A DNA stretch of 56,487 nucleotides, filler included, from Squatina squatina (GCA_031763465.1; 3 parts of 3 records of this genome joined end to end with filler, not necessarily neighbours in it); one strand, 5' to 3'. Counted from the whole stretch's first letter, positions 12,390 through 25,505 are shown. Program-made: numbers and translations. Notes: a model not told the origin generated them from the letters alone.

Positions 12390-12545
12390 GGTGGTAATTT
12401 TAACCAAACCAGGATAAAACTGACGGGATTTGGTCAGCTGCCCGTTTTACACCCCACCAGATTTTGCTGTCTATTGATTTCGCTGTGGGGGCCAACCCCA
12501 TCTAGTCAGTTTCCCACCTGAGTGGGAAAGGGTCAAATTACCCCC
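12390..12545. mobile_element. MITE-like element with terminal inverted repeats
   Basis: Termini ggtggtaattttaacc ... ggtcaaattaccccc; internal inverted pair aaactgac / gtcagttt. Confidence 0.55.
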
Positions 12546-13128
12546 ATTGTTCTTCAACTTTCCTTTGCAGATTCAAACTATATTAAATGTCATTTTTACT
12601 TAAAATGTATTTGCCTTCTTGAACCCCTTNNNNNNNNNNNNNNNNNNNNNNNNNNNNNNNNNNNNNNNNNNNNNNNNNNNNNNNNNNNNNNNNNNNNNNN
12701 NNNNNNNNNNNNNNNNNNNNNNNNNNNNNCGAAATGCTTAATTTCTTCTTATATCTTTATATTTCCACTATCACTCACTGTTGTAAAAAAAAGTCCTCAC
12801 TTAATATCGCTGCTATGGGAAGATTTCCACCGTTGTCTCTTATCAGCTTTTACTTTAATTCTATTTTTAATACATTTCACCTTAGTGAATTCGAATAATC
12901 TAACTGGTGAAACAAAAATAATTAAAATAACAATTCTGAGCCTACTTCTAAAACACTTTGGATCCAAGTGGTGAACATTAATTTCCGACTAGACCTGTTA
13001 ATGAACTGTATTCAAATAGTCGCCTTAAAATTATGCAATGCTACCATATAATGTTACATTGTGTTTTTGTTTTTAAGTTATAGATTTGTTATAAATTATA
13101 TGGATGTGGACATTTGGTAATACAGTAC

Positions 13129-13212
13129 CTTCACTTTTTCTCCATTTATATCAACGGTTTTAATCATAAAATCAACTCCAATAGTGGCTCCTTGACCTGG
13201 TGGAAACAAACC
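13129..13212 (-). CDS. RAB30: Rab30, second coding exon (84 nt)
   Basis: GLFPPGQGATIGVDFMIKTVDINGEKVK, with AG/GT boundaries. Confidence 0.96.
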
Positions 13213-13620
13213 CTGCAACAGTAGAAGGACATCTCAGTTTGTACTAATTTATTCATTTTGTATACACCTTGATAAGTACAATCCTAGAATAAACATCAAT
13301 TAGTAGATGCATAGGGTAGGGAATAAACCTGCATCCAGATATTTACTTTGCATCCTGTATCTCTACAGGTTACCCTTCTGATAAAAAGGGGGAAAAAAAT
13401 ATTGAAAGCAGAACATAACATAACATTAGAGAAAACTAAATTTACAAGAGGCAAATGGTAGGCTATCAATTCAGATTTATAATCATTACTAAAACAAAAG
13501 AGCTGAAAATAATAAAACCANNNNNNNNNNNNNNNNNNNNNNNNNNNNNNNNNNNNNNNNNNNNNNNNNNNNNNNNNNNNNNNNNNNNNNNNNNNNNNNN
13601 NNNNNNNNNNNNNNNNNNNN

Positions 13621-14435
13621 ATGAGCAATGCCGTGCAGCAATAGCTGGAGCAAATAGGGTGTTTGGGTGTATCCGTAGGCCAATTGATGTGTATTGTTTT
13701 GTCCTTGTGCAAGACCTTAGTCAGGCTGCACTTGGAATATTGTGTCCAGTTTTGGTCTCATCACATGATGATTTTAAGGCTCTGGAAAGAGTGCAGAACA
13801 GGGCCACTAGACTAATTCCAAGTCTCAAGCATCTTAGTTATCAAGACAGGCTAAAGGAGTTGGGACTCTATACCTTCAAGCAGCATAGACATAGGGGGAT
13901 CTGATTTAGGTTTATAAGATAATGAAGGGAATAGACTGTGTTCCAGCTGACAGCTTATTTCAATTAAATAGGTTAGGAAGGACGAGGGGTCACAAATTTA
14001 AGTTGCATGGGGCTAGATCTAGGTTAGACCTCAGGTGATGGTTCTATTCCAGATGATATAGTCGACCTCTGCAACAAGCTGCCGTTTCGTGTAATGGATG
14101 CAGACTCGCGGAATTCCTTCAAGCGAAAGCTGGATGTGTTTCTGGCTGGGGTGGAGATCACCTCTTACAGAAGGTAGGTACGGCAGGAAATTCACAGCCA
14201 GAGTGATCTCCTGGACTAGTTTCGATTGCCTAGATAGGTTGGAGAGGAATCTCCCAGATTTTTTTTTCCCCCCAAATTGGACTGGGTTTTTTTTTTAAAC
14301 CTCTCCCGGGAGATCACATGGTTTTGGGTAGGTGGAGTGTATATGTTGTGATACACAAGGTGTCACAATTGTGTGGGACAGGCTCAATGGACCTGATGGT
14401 CTTTACCTCTCCGTCGTTGATCGTATGTTTGTAAT
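13621..14435 (+). mobile_element. CR1 LINE 3' part
   Basis: Encodes LERVQNRATRLIPSLKHLSYQDRLKELGLY; ends in a CR1-type 3' terminus near 14375-14430. Confidence 0.85.
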
Positions 14436-14577
14436 GTTATTTTAGTTTAGAGTTTCTCAGTCATGGTCAGCTATATGGAGAATCAAAAGGATATCAGTAA
14501 AATGTGCATCACACATACCCTTTACCATAATAACCCCAATTTGAATCTTTTAATGTTCAACACCCCCACTTTCTTAC

Positions 14578-14670
14578 CTGAGTAAATCTTCGTACTAAGC
14601 AGGTCTTTCCTACACCAGCATTTCCAATCAAGACGATTTTAAATAGGTAGTCATAATCTTCCATACTCAT
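14578..14670 (-). CDS. RAB30: Rab30, first coding exon (93 coding nt; exon starts at 14678)
   Basis: [31 protein letters not shown] with P-loop. The four exons sum to 93+84+184+251=612 nt, i.e. 203 aa plus stop, with compatible phases. Confidence 0.97.
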
Positions 14671-17600
14671 TTACACACCTAGAGGAGGAGGATAAGAAGC
14701 TTTTGTTACAAGTCAACCAATGTCTTAAGTGATCTTAAGCCGTCTACCTTGAGAAAGGAAAGGATCACACCAGTAATTCTAAAAATCTAATTCTAGTTCA
14801 CAACTATAATAAGTTGGTGTTGTTGGAATAAGATCACAAGAATTTCTGATAACCACAAGTAACAAGATGAAGGATCTTGTTGATTTTCAGCATCACTGCA
14901 TTAGTCTATAGTTTTATATTGACTATTGTCAGAAATTCTCAGTCCAATTCAAAATTTTCATCTATTCCATTGCAACCATTTCTAATATCTTGGTTAGAGT
15001 GTGTTAAAGAGCCTAAATATTTCAAAGTCATTTGTGCCTGTAGCTCCTGCCAGTATCCCCTGACATCTGGGCAATGGCAGCAGGAAAAGCCTGGTATGGC
15101 ATAGAATTTTTGAAAAGGACAGGCATATGCAAAAAGGAGGGGAAAAAAAAGAGACAAACCAGTTCTTCTATACTTGGATGGCCATATTTTCCAAACCAAA
15201 TCCAGGTACACCATGTGGGAGAACAAAGTAGCCAGGAGAGAAATTTAGATTGCGTAGCATAGCAAGGTAAAAGTGTGTGTTATTTTGATGCAAACTGAAT
15301 CTGCAAAACACAGTGCCTGAATAATGCAGCTGCTGTTCACAGCATATGCCCATCACTGGCTCCTCCCCCTCCTCACTGAAGTNNNNNNNNNNNNNNNNNN
15401 NNNNNNNNNNNNNNNNNNNNNNNNNNNNNNNNNNNNNNNNNNNNNNNNNNNNNNNNNNNNNNNNNNNNNNNNNNNNNNNNNNAGCATTCCATGTTGGACA
15501 ACCCTTGCTGAAAGTGCCAGGGCGTGGATAACAGATAAGGACAAGAATGTACCTACAAGGAGTTGATGCCTCATGAAAATATATTTTAAAATTCACAAAA
15601 ATATTTTTACTGTTCAGCCAGTACAGAACTTGCATCACTCAATTTGAAGGCAGTAAGTGAAAAATTACTAACTTTTTAAAGTATAAACCATCCAATATTT
15701 GCTACGACATATCTTCAAACTTTTCGAATGGATTACTGTCTTGCAAGTCACAGAAGTATCCAGCATTCTCTCTATATCTGTACTATATAAACCAGCCCTA
15801 TTGAAAAGATAACATTTACAGTAAATATTGGCAGTAATTGGGTTATTCTTCCCAAGTGTTCGTTATCTTCCTTCCAAAATCATGTTACTAAGGAAAATGA
15901 TTAAACCAGTTTATACTCTCCAACTTTCCCACTCAAGTTTGCCCTTTGTAAATCTTCTTAAATACTTTATCTAGTTGGTCAATTTTTTTTTTAAACTGTC
16001 AGTGTAGGTATAAAAGTAGTCTTGGAAATAAAGGACAAAGTGATCTTTTGAGTGAAGCTTTCACTTATGTCAACAGGAGCACATGTTCAACAGGACTACT
16101 GAAAAAGTTCATAAAGCATTATTCTCTCCCTAATATTTAAATTAACTATCAACTTTATTCTAAACTCTATTTTCATTTAATTACAGTCACCTATAACCAG
16201 GATATTATTCAATGTCAAAACAACATTTTAGACCAACACTTATTGAAGATTTTGGGTGAATTTTATGTTAATCAAGGTGATGAATGTCAGTGCTGGGTAA
16301 CATAACACTCCTTTAAGGGAAATACCCATCAAGTCAAGTGCAGGAGATGCAAGATAATACCCCTGTACAAGGCAGTACAGTGGTGGTGCACATTTAAGTA
16401 GGATGGAGGTTAGCAGAGCTGGCTGTTGAAGAGGTAGCTTTGAAGGAAAGGAGAGATGTAATAAGGTAAAAGGGTTTTGATAGGGAGTTCCAGAGTGCAG
16501 GGTCCCAGCCCAGATAGTTGCAGGGAAGAACTTGTAGATCAGAGTTGGAAGCGCAGAGGACACAGCTTCTGTACTTGGGAAAAATAAAGAGTTACCTGAC
16601 TACAGAAAGTGTCCTACAAGTATGCTGTGAATGCAATCAATGCAGAACATCACTTCTCAAAGCATCCGTGTCAACTGCACTATGCAGATTTCACACCCAA
16701 TCTCTATACTTAACACTCCACACAACTTTACATGCTACAATAAAGATCTTCTACAGATTTGTAAATACAAAAGTAATTTACTCACCATGTGGAATTAAAT
16801 TTAATATATTAGGCTGCTTCAAAACAGTGTACTATTTTCATGTGCAGCACCCCAATTCTTTAAAAGACAGTTCTATATTTCAGACTCAAATCATGAGCAT
16901 CTGTTGAATAAACCCTATCCTACTTCAGAGCCAAGTTGATAGTCAACGAGCTAGTGAATAAAGTTTTAATTGTGTTGTACTAATTACAGCACTTTGGAAT
17001 CTGAACCATTGAAAATAAAGCTCTCAGACAGTTGCCTTTCAAGCAGAACACGGTCAGTAAAAATTAAATTTGGATAACACCAAACAGTATCCAGAGATTA
17101 TTTCTCTTGGTCATATATTCTTATACACCATGCAATTCAAGTGTTGTCCCATATTCGGAAAGAAGCATTCCAAAACACATGCACCTTGGTATTGCCCTAC
17201 AAGTCACATTATAAATAACACAGTAATAAACTCATTAAATTAGGCTGTTAAATTTTGGTTAGATCTTACACCAAAACTTTGCAGTTTTGCACAGCTGTAT
17301 ATTGGAGCCAAAGGAGTGAAGTAGGCTGGGAAACAGAGTCAAGGTAATGTGAGCACAACTTCAAACCCAATCCAGCAGAATTAGTCATGCTAAATTAAAG
17401 AAGCTTCAAAAATGCCTAAACTTTGTTAAATCCTAACTTTAAATACATCACAAATATAATTTACAAAATTTGTAAGTCTTCAATCTTACAAATTTCAAAG
17501 CACTCTTAAAAACAGTGAAGTCTGTCAAATTATATATAGTCTATAAAACACTACTCCAGAAGATTTGACAAGATATTAAGCACAGTGTTTTAGATGGGCT

Positions 17601-19159
17601 AACAGAAGTATTTTTGTATACTGCTTAGAAATTAGAACTGAAGTATATAGGCTTTGAGTTGCAGAGAGCACAAGATGAAATCTTGTAAAATGGTTTTACA
17701 GGCTACACTGATGCCATTTTTCATTTTAACAGCTAGAAGTGTATTGGTTTTGCCTACATTATCTGTGGAAAAAAAATAAGCAAATTTTATTTATCTACTA
17801 TACCTTATGTCCTCAGGATGCCAATGGCAACCTAGACATTGAGTTGCCTTTTCCAATATACAAATGAAATGATACTCAAGTCAAAGCTAGCTAATCACTA
17901 ATCTCTTTTTCCCCCAAATTGAGCACAACATAAATGTATACATTTGGAAAAAGTTGCAATTTTTAAAATCAGTTATTTTACAAGGAAACTATTTTATAGC
18001 ATGATCTATTCAGATTAAATCAAAACTTTGCTGAAATTAAACTTCGTGTTAAAATCAAATCAAAATAATGCATTCGAAAATTTCATTAATGACAAATCAC
18101 ATTTTCACTTTAGGAAACTAAAAATAGCTTTTAGCCCCCTGCGTACAATAAGCTGTAATACCGTAAATACTTAGAAATCATGCAACACAATGGCAAATAT
18201 GACAATATTAAATACACGAATGACCAATACAAAATCACTCCGGAAACCAGGAGCACTTTAGTCTGACTTCCATGAATTGTGCTGGAAGTGGGAGAAAACA
18301 CAAGCACAGCAATNNNNNNNNNNNNNNNNNNNNNNNNNNNNNNNNNNNNNNNNNNNNNNNNNNNNNNNNNNNNNNNNNNNNNNNNNNNNNNNNNNNNNNN
18401 NNNNNNNNNNNNNCACAAATTAACTGCTGTGCTTCCCTAAAATACAATAGTGAGAACTCTTCAAAAGTAGTTCAATGGCTTTGAAGCACTTTAGTGTGTT
18501 CTGAAGATGTGAAAAGGAGCTATGTAAATGGAATGTTTTTCTTTGTTTATAGTTTGTGATTTGTAGGCAATGACTCACAAAAATGCACTTCGAATTCTGT
18601 TTCAGGAAGCTGTGACGGTTTTAAGATGTTATGCTATGTGCAATTAAAGGCATTTAGATATTAAATACAATTTGATAAGATTTAAGCCTGGCACTTTTAC
18701 AGGAAACCCCATAGGATAAAGTCTTAAGCATACTTATTTAGTATTTATTACTTAAACAAACCCTTTAATTCAAATGATTTCCAAAAAAAATAAGTCATCA
18801 TACAGACTATTTGTCACATGATATGTCTGTGAATCAGATGATGGTGTGATGGGACTGAGATTAAACTATTCGCTTTTTGAAGATACCTGCAATTGTACTG
18901 ATATTTATTGAGAAATATTGGCCCTCTTCCAACCTTTAGTGATACAATTCCAGTTTTGTGGCAATTTCCTGTAGTTCATAATGTGCATGAGAAAGACACT
19001 GTAAACAAATCAGCAAGGAACTGATAGAAGATTTGTTTTATTAGGTCCCATTGAACTGCCACCTCAATATATATTAAAATCATCTGTTGTGATAATGACT
19101 GATAGAACTTTAGGTTCTTGTCATCTTCTTGAAAGAAAAGTGTTCTTTTGTTTAAGAGA

Positions 19160-19759
19160 TATCCGGGAACGGAAGTTTTAGATTTAAAACGCAACGATGG
19201 CGGAAGACACGGCCAAGGCGGACGCCTGTAAAGAGTATCAGTCGTCTCTCGAAGACCTGACTTTCAACAGCCCACCCCACATCAACAACCTGACCATCCT
19301 GGCCGAAGAGAACCTGAAGTACTCGTCGGAAATCGTCAAGTTAATCGAAGCACAAATAACCAAGGTTTTTAAAATCAGTTTTTGTTTTTATTTTAATTTT
19401 TTTGAACAAAAAGGAAATTCGGAATAGAATTTTTTTTTTAAAAAAAGAGTTTGTTTGATGGTCGACTCAGTGATGCGGTGAGATTCCCTCTCGCTCCCCA
19501 CCCTTTCCACCCTGTCCGTGTTGTAATGTTAGTCAAGATGGCGGCGAGGCCCAGAGCCCGGCCGAGCTGACGCACAAAGCCATGATGCGGATTTTTCTTC
19601 TCGTCTGTTCACCGTCTCCAACCGACCCGGGTCGCCGGCGCCTGAGCGCAGGGCCGATCCAGCAAGTTGGCCGCGTCTTTAATATCGTCACCCTCGTGTT
19701 GGCGGTTTTTCTGGTTCCTGTAATTTATTTTTAAATACTCCGCCGGGGAATGTTAGTCG
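19160..19759 (+). promoter_or_regulatory. PCF11 promoter / CpG-rich 5' region
   Basis: CpG-rich patch. ETS/GABP-type ACGGAAGT at 19169-19176 just upstream of the ATG; YY1 consensus CAAGATGGCGGC at 19534-19545 in intron 1. Confidence 0.6.
19197..19364 (+). CDS. PCF11: PCF11 cleavage and polyadenylation factor, exon 1 (start of the CTD-interacting domain)
   Basis: MAEDTAKADACKEYQSSLEDLTFNSPPHINNLTILAEENLKYSSEIVKLIEAQITK matches recalled human ...DACRDYQSSLEDLTFNSKPHINMLTILAEENLPFAKEIVSLIEAQTAK. Donor AAG|GTtttt; divergent from RAB30 as in human. Confidence 0.95.
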
Positions 19760-19859
19760 NNNNNNNNNNNNNNNNNNNNNNNNNNNNNNNNNNNNNNNNN
19801 NNNTTAATTAATTAANNNNNNNNNNNNNNNNNNNNNNNNNNNNNNNNNNNNNNNNNNNN
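19760..19859. other. Artificial scaffold-joining spacer
   Basis: 44 N + TTAATTAATTAA (19804-19815, stops in all six frames) + 44 N. Gene content changes abruptly across it. Confidence 0.95.
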
Positions 19860-20472
19860 CAAGTATCATCACTATGGAAACACCATTCTGCCGGAATTGC
19901 TTACATCACCATCATAAGGCCATTTGAAGTTTTTCCAATAATATTTTGTTTTTGCCCTTTAATTTGATAATGTCCAGCAGCGTACGAGGTGAGCCCAAGA
20001 GATTTGTTGGTTTGATTTGAAATTAGTGAGATGTCGGTGTTTCTTTACTTATCATGCACCAACATAACCATGTTTGAACGAGTTCCATGAGCCACACATT
20101 ATTTCCTGATAAGCAAATGAGTTTGTGCTCATCCATCAAAATAAGATAAAGAAGCTTTGCACAGGGGAAATCACTGATACATTTCATTATCGAGGATTCT
20201 TTCAGGGACTTTGTTCTGTCTTCCAGAGCCTTGCACTGCATTGTACATCCCTCAAGTATCTACATCGATGGAACATGAATACACGCACTCCGTATGTGCA
20301 GTACATTGACTATCCAGAACATGTTATCTTGCTTTATCTGTTGTTCTCACTGAGGTGAGAGACACAAGTGCTNNNNNNNNNNNNNNNNNNNNNNNNNNNN
20401 NNNNNNNNNNNNNNNNNNNNNNNNNNNNNNNNNNNNNNNNNNNNNNNNNNNNNNNNNNNNNNNNNNNNNNNN

Positions 20473-20675
20473 CCACAGGGAGTGGTTGAAACGATGCATT
20501 TAAGAGGAGGCTAGGCAAGCATATGAGGGAGAAGAGAATAGAGGGTTATGCTGATAGATTTAGATGAGGAAGGATGGGAAGAGGCTCGAGTGGAGCATAA
20601 AAGCCGGCATGGACTGGTTGGGCTGAATGGCCTGTTTCCGTGTCGTATAGCCTATGTAATCCTATGTAACCTATC
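20473..20675 (+). mobile_element. CR1 LINE 3' end with tandem tail
   Basis: gggctgaatggcctgtttccgtgt followed by a (cctatgtaa)n tail. Confidence 0.75.
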
Positions 20676-20844
20676 TGTTTATATTCATGATCTGATTAAA
20701 GCAGAGCTTACTTAAATCTATAATTTGTTATTAAGTTTGGCTTGGAACATTTGGTGGCAAAGTGATTCATTCATTTCTCCCAAATTAATGTGTTTTTCAA
20801 ATGCAAATAGACCTAGTTAGGACTTTCCCATTTCAAAAACATAT

Positions 20845-21560
20845 TGAGCTGGAGCTGGCAGTCCTGATGATGGTGTACTGGCAGCATTTGCCGTCATTTC
20901 GCCTGTGAAACTGACCGCAACTTCAGGATTTTGCACATGCGCAGCCTAATGCGGAAATCCTGAAGTTGTGGTCTGTCATTCATTGCTCCTCTCCAGGCTG
21001 CCCCGCCCCTTCCCACTCCCACAGAGCTGGCAATTAGTGAAATCTCTCAAACCCCCCAGTGAAACTGATGAAAACGTCAGCTTTTCCGCGGTAATACTAC
21101 TGTTAAATACCCCATTAAAAGTTAGACCCAAAGGGGCTAGGTGTAACTGGGATTTTAATCGAATTGCCTGCTAAACAAAGGTTATGACCTTCAAAAATTA
21201 ATTTTAATTTTGTGCACTATCAAATTTATCGATCTTAATAAAAAAAAAATTTAGCGACACTTTAAATTTTTTTAAACATTTTTTAATAAGTTTATTTCAG
21301 GTCTGACTTTTCCACATGTGAGAGCCCCAATCTTTTTTTGCTATCTCGAACATTTTTAAAAAGTTAGAATTTGAAGAGCTTATCCATTTCCTGTCTGAGA
21401 ATTCTGCATTTGATTGGCTGCTTAGACAGCTTGTTGACGCCACAGCAGCTCGCACTATGGGATTCCCACCATACTACGTTGGTCAGAATTACCCGTCGGA
21501 AAACCCGAACACCTCGACACAGAGATCACAAGATCTTTGTGCGAAGCTTACTTTGGCGAA
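20845..21560. mobile_element. Interspersed repeat with internal hairpin and AT-rich centre (putative non-autonomous DNA element)
   Basis: 19-bp inverted repeat at 20913-20973, AT-rich middle, then tgattggctg. Similar architecture at about 44180-44700. Confidence 0.4.
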
Positions 21561-21769
21561 TTATCTTTTATGTAATCTGAGTTAGCTACATTGGTTAATA
21601 CTGTTGCTATTTGAATACATGATGGTTTGAAGCCATGTGTTATGCATCACTTCTTGTTATGTTTTTTTGTTTCTGTACATATTAAAAAAATATTCTGGAT
21701 AAATTGTAAAATAAAATAAGTAAAAGATAAATATTTTGCTGATTACATAGAGAGAAGGTTTATCTTTCC

Positions 21770-22185
21770 AGAATTCAAGCCACTAGCCAGGACAAAGCAA
21801 TCCTCTTGATCCGCACTTCATTCATTACCCTAAACATCTACCACTGGCGTACCGTGGCTGCAGTATGTATTATCTATGGGATGCTCTGCAGCAAGTTGTC
21901 AAGGCCTCTTTGGCAGCAACTCCAAAACCTGCAAACCCTGCCACTTAGAAGGACAAGTGCAGTGGATGTATGGGAACATCATGCCCTGTTCCCCTGCAAG
22001 TCACACACTATCTGACTTGGACATGCAATCGTGGAACTCCCTCCCTAGCCGCGTTATGGGAGCACCTTCACCAGATGGACAGCAGTGGTTCAAGAAGAGG
22101 GCCCACCAACATCTTCTCAACAGCAACTAGGGATGATCAACAAATTTCAGCCTTGCCAGTGACACCCACATCCCGAGAATGAATA
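21770..22185 (+). mobile_element. Non-LTR retrotransposon 3' end (CR1/L2 group)
   Basis: caggacaaagca...ccacttagaaggacaag...cccacatcccgagaatgaata; same family as 24270-24758. Confidence 0.75.
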
Positions 22186-24269
22186 CAGGTAGAAACTGAC
22201 ATGCAGCAGCCATGCACCTCGTTTNNNNNNNNNNNNNNNNNNNNNNNNNNNNNNNNNNNNNNNNNNNNNNNNNNNNNNNNNNNNNNNNNNNNNNNNNNNN
22301 NNNNNNNNNNNNNNNNNNNNNNNNACTGATGTATGGGATGGTTATAAAACTGCAGTCTCCTCTTCAAGCTTTATTCTTTGGTTTATTTTGTCATCCGAGG
22401 CCCTTAATATGATTATTATATTTCAATTCCCCCTAAGGGCCATGGGACAGTCACGGTCTGACAAAGGCTCCTTGACAGGCTGCTACTTTATCTCCGATTT
22501 ATTTCTCTGCATTACCTAGCTCTCCACTCAGTTTTAAAAGTGCCATTCTTCTCACAATTATTACCTTATTTTGTCTGATTCCACTGATGTCCTTGGTCAA
22601 GCCTTCCTGACAGCTGTGCTCCAATCTCTTCCAGGCACATTGCACACGTTCAGATGTTGCAGCCTATTTTGAGAGATGAAAATCTCACTGATCACTACAG
22701 AGGCTCCCTGAGCTCAAGGAACACAGGTACAGGAACAGAACAGCTTAGCAGCAGTGAAGCATGATGAGCTTTGTAAATCAAGGGAATTTGCCGTGATCAT
22801 AACTGAATTAATTTATTAATTATTGTATCTGGAACGCATGAATGAGAAGGGAAAATGTGGGATCTACACTCAAATGGTATGAGCTGATAACAGTGTAATC
22901 CCACTGTGAGAAATTTGAGTCTTTTAAAAAGTCAGAAATCACAATTTTGCTGCATCATAAGTGGAGGAGTGACAAAGTTGCAACTACGTTAATTATTGTT
23001 TTCCTAAAATAAAGCCCAAATTTCTCTCAACCACTTTTTACAATCTTGAGTACTATGCAAATTAACTCTTAAAGAGCTACCTCTTGGGTATACTGAATGA
23101 GATCCTAACTTCAGAGGATTTTGCTTTCTGCCCCTGTTTGCCGGATCCATTCACATTCTACGAGTAAAATTTAACCTGTTGTATTTCATCACACTCCGGT
23201 CAGAAGGCACTAACTGTCATTTTAACAAGATGATAAAGAATCANNNNNNNNNNNNNNNNNNNNNNNNNNNNNNNNNNNNNNNNNNNNNNNNNNNNNNNNN
23301 NNNNNNNNNNNNNNNNNNNNNNNNNNNNNNNNNNNNNNNNNNNNNNNNNNNNNNNNNNNNNNNNNNNNNNNNNNNNNNNNNNNNNNNNNNNNNNNNNNNN
23401 NNNNNNNNNNNNNNNNNNNNNNNNNNNNNNNNNNNNNNNNNNNNNNNNNNNNNNNNNNNNNNNNNNNNNNNNNNNNNNNNNNNNNNNNNNNNNNNNNNNN
23501 NNNNNNNNNNNNNNNNNNNNNNNNNNNNNNNNNNNNNNNNNNNNNNNNNNNNNNNNNNNNNNNNNNNNNNNNNNNNNNNNNNNNNNNNNNNNNNNNNNNN
23601 NNNNNNNNNNNNNNNNNNNNNNNNNNNNNNNNNNNNNNNNNNNNNNNNNNNNNNNNNNNNNNNNNNNNNNNNNNNNNNNNNNNNNNNNNNNNNNNNNNNN
23701 NNNNNNNNNNNNNNNNNNNNNNNNNNNNNNNNNNNNNNNNNNNNNNNNNNNNNNNNNNNNNNNNNNNNNNNNNNNNNNNNNNNNNNNNNNNNNNNNNNNN
23801 NNNNNNNNNNNNNNNNNNNNNNNNNNNNNNNNNNNNNNNNNNNNNNNNNNNNNACCACACTCTTGAGAAGTGTCTGTATAGTTACCGAAATAGTCTTCAC
23901 TATCTTTACAAATGTATTCATCACTCCTTCTGATATTATATAGCTAGCAAGCTTAGTTCTGATTGATAGATTATGTTTGGGGTAGAAATATTTATGTCAA
24001 ATGCTTCAAAAATGTTGTGCAAGCTAAAAAGAAACATTAATTCTCTGGCAGACAATGCTTTTTCAGTAATAGCTGCCAGAATCTGTCAGCTGGAGATTAG
24101 AGAGTATTATAAATATTTCAGCAGTCTAAAGGTTAAACCCTTTTCAATTGTAATTGGAAATAATACAAGCCGAGCCTGTATTAAAACTGCTACTACATCG
24201 TAGCAAAGGACTTTGTTCATTGATGGCAAAAAAGGAGCTAAACCCAAGGCTGTTCTGAATTGGGTTTTT

Positions 24270-24758
24270 TTATTCGTTCCGGCATGTGGGCGTCGCAGGC
24301 AAGGCCAGCATATATTGCCCATCCCTAACTGCACTTGTGAAGGTGATGGTGGGCCACTTTCTTGAACTACTGCAGTCCTTGTGGTGAAGTTAATACCACA
24401 GTGCTGTTAGGATGGGAGTTCCAGGACTTTGACCCAGCGACGATGAAGGAATGGCGATACATATCCAAGTCAGGATAGGTGTGTAACTTGGAGGTGGTGG
24501 CGTTCCCATGCACTGGCTGCCCTTGTCCTTCTAGGTGGTAGAGGTTGCGGGTTTGGGAGATGCTGCCGAAGAAGCCATGGCGAGTTGCTGCAGTGCATTT
24601 TGTATATTGTACACACTGCAGCCATGGTCTGCTGGTGGTGGAGGGAGTGACTGTAAGGTGGTGGATGGGTTGCTAATCAAACAGGCTGCTTTGTCCTGGA
24701 TGGTGTCGAGCTTCTTGAGTGTTGTTGGAGCTGCACTCATCCAGGCAAGTGGAGAGTA
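24270..24758 (-). mobile_element. Non-LTR retrotransposon 3' end (CR1/L2 group)
   Basis: Minus-strand ORF SAAPTTLKKLDTIQDKAACLI; reverse-complement homolog of 21770-22185. Confidence 0.78.
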
Positions 24759-25505
24759 NNNNNNNNNNNNNNNNNNNNNNNNNNNNNNNNNNNNNNNNNN
24801 NNNNNNNNNNNNNNNNNNNNNNNNNNNNNNNNNNNNNNNNNNNNNNNNNNNNNNNNNNAAATGCTGTAAATGCAGATCTGATGACGGATCATACCAATAA
24901 AAATAATTTTACTTCTTTCAGATGCTGGCTGATCTGGTGTGCTCATCCATTTCAGAATAGCAGGGTTTGCTGTTTCCTGCCCTCAGCTGGGCTGTCACTG
25001 ACGAATCTGGAACTGCTAATACTCTCTTTGTATTCCCAGTTAAGATAATGGGAGTTCAGCTGTCAACTACTTTCTAAAATGACTTCCAAAAAAATGTGTA
25101 TGCATTGTTGTAGATAAATATCTCATTTGCATTTAAATATAAAAAAAATTAGATTGCCTGTGGGAGGACAGCAGATGAATACTAAACATCGATGCAGATG
25201 AGCGGTATGTCGGTTCAAACCTGCTTAGCTGCCAATTGTGTACTTGCAATGAATTGATACACGAAGCCCTCTTCTGGTAACTTACCATTCCTCCATGGCA
25301 GGTTTATTTTATAAAGATATTTCATGCTGCATGCCCTTGCTAAGCTGCAGCAAAAGACTCTACAGTTGTAACTTACCATTTCAAGTTGACAATCTATTGC
25401 ACACTGTTGTGAGCTGGATGTACCCAGTTTTCCCACAACCAGAGGGGGAAAACAAACACAGCTACCAGCTTACTTACTTCTACAGTTGACTCTACAGCCT
25501 GCATG

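Noticed and set aside
19804-19815. TTAATTAATTAA palindrome as a biological site
   Set aside because: Centred in an N block and repeated identically at 42359; a synthetic six-frame-stop linker.
19860-20360. Possible coding sequence or continuation of PCF11
   Set aside because: Lies beyond the spacer; frames are short with no similarity to PCF11 or any protein I recognise.
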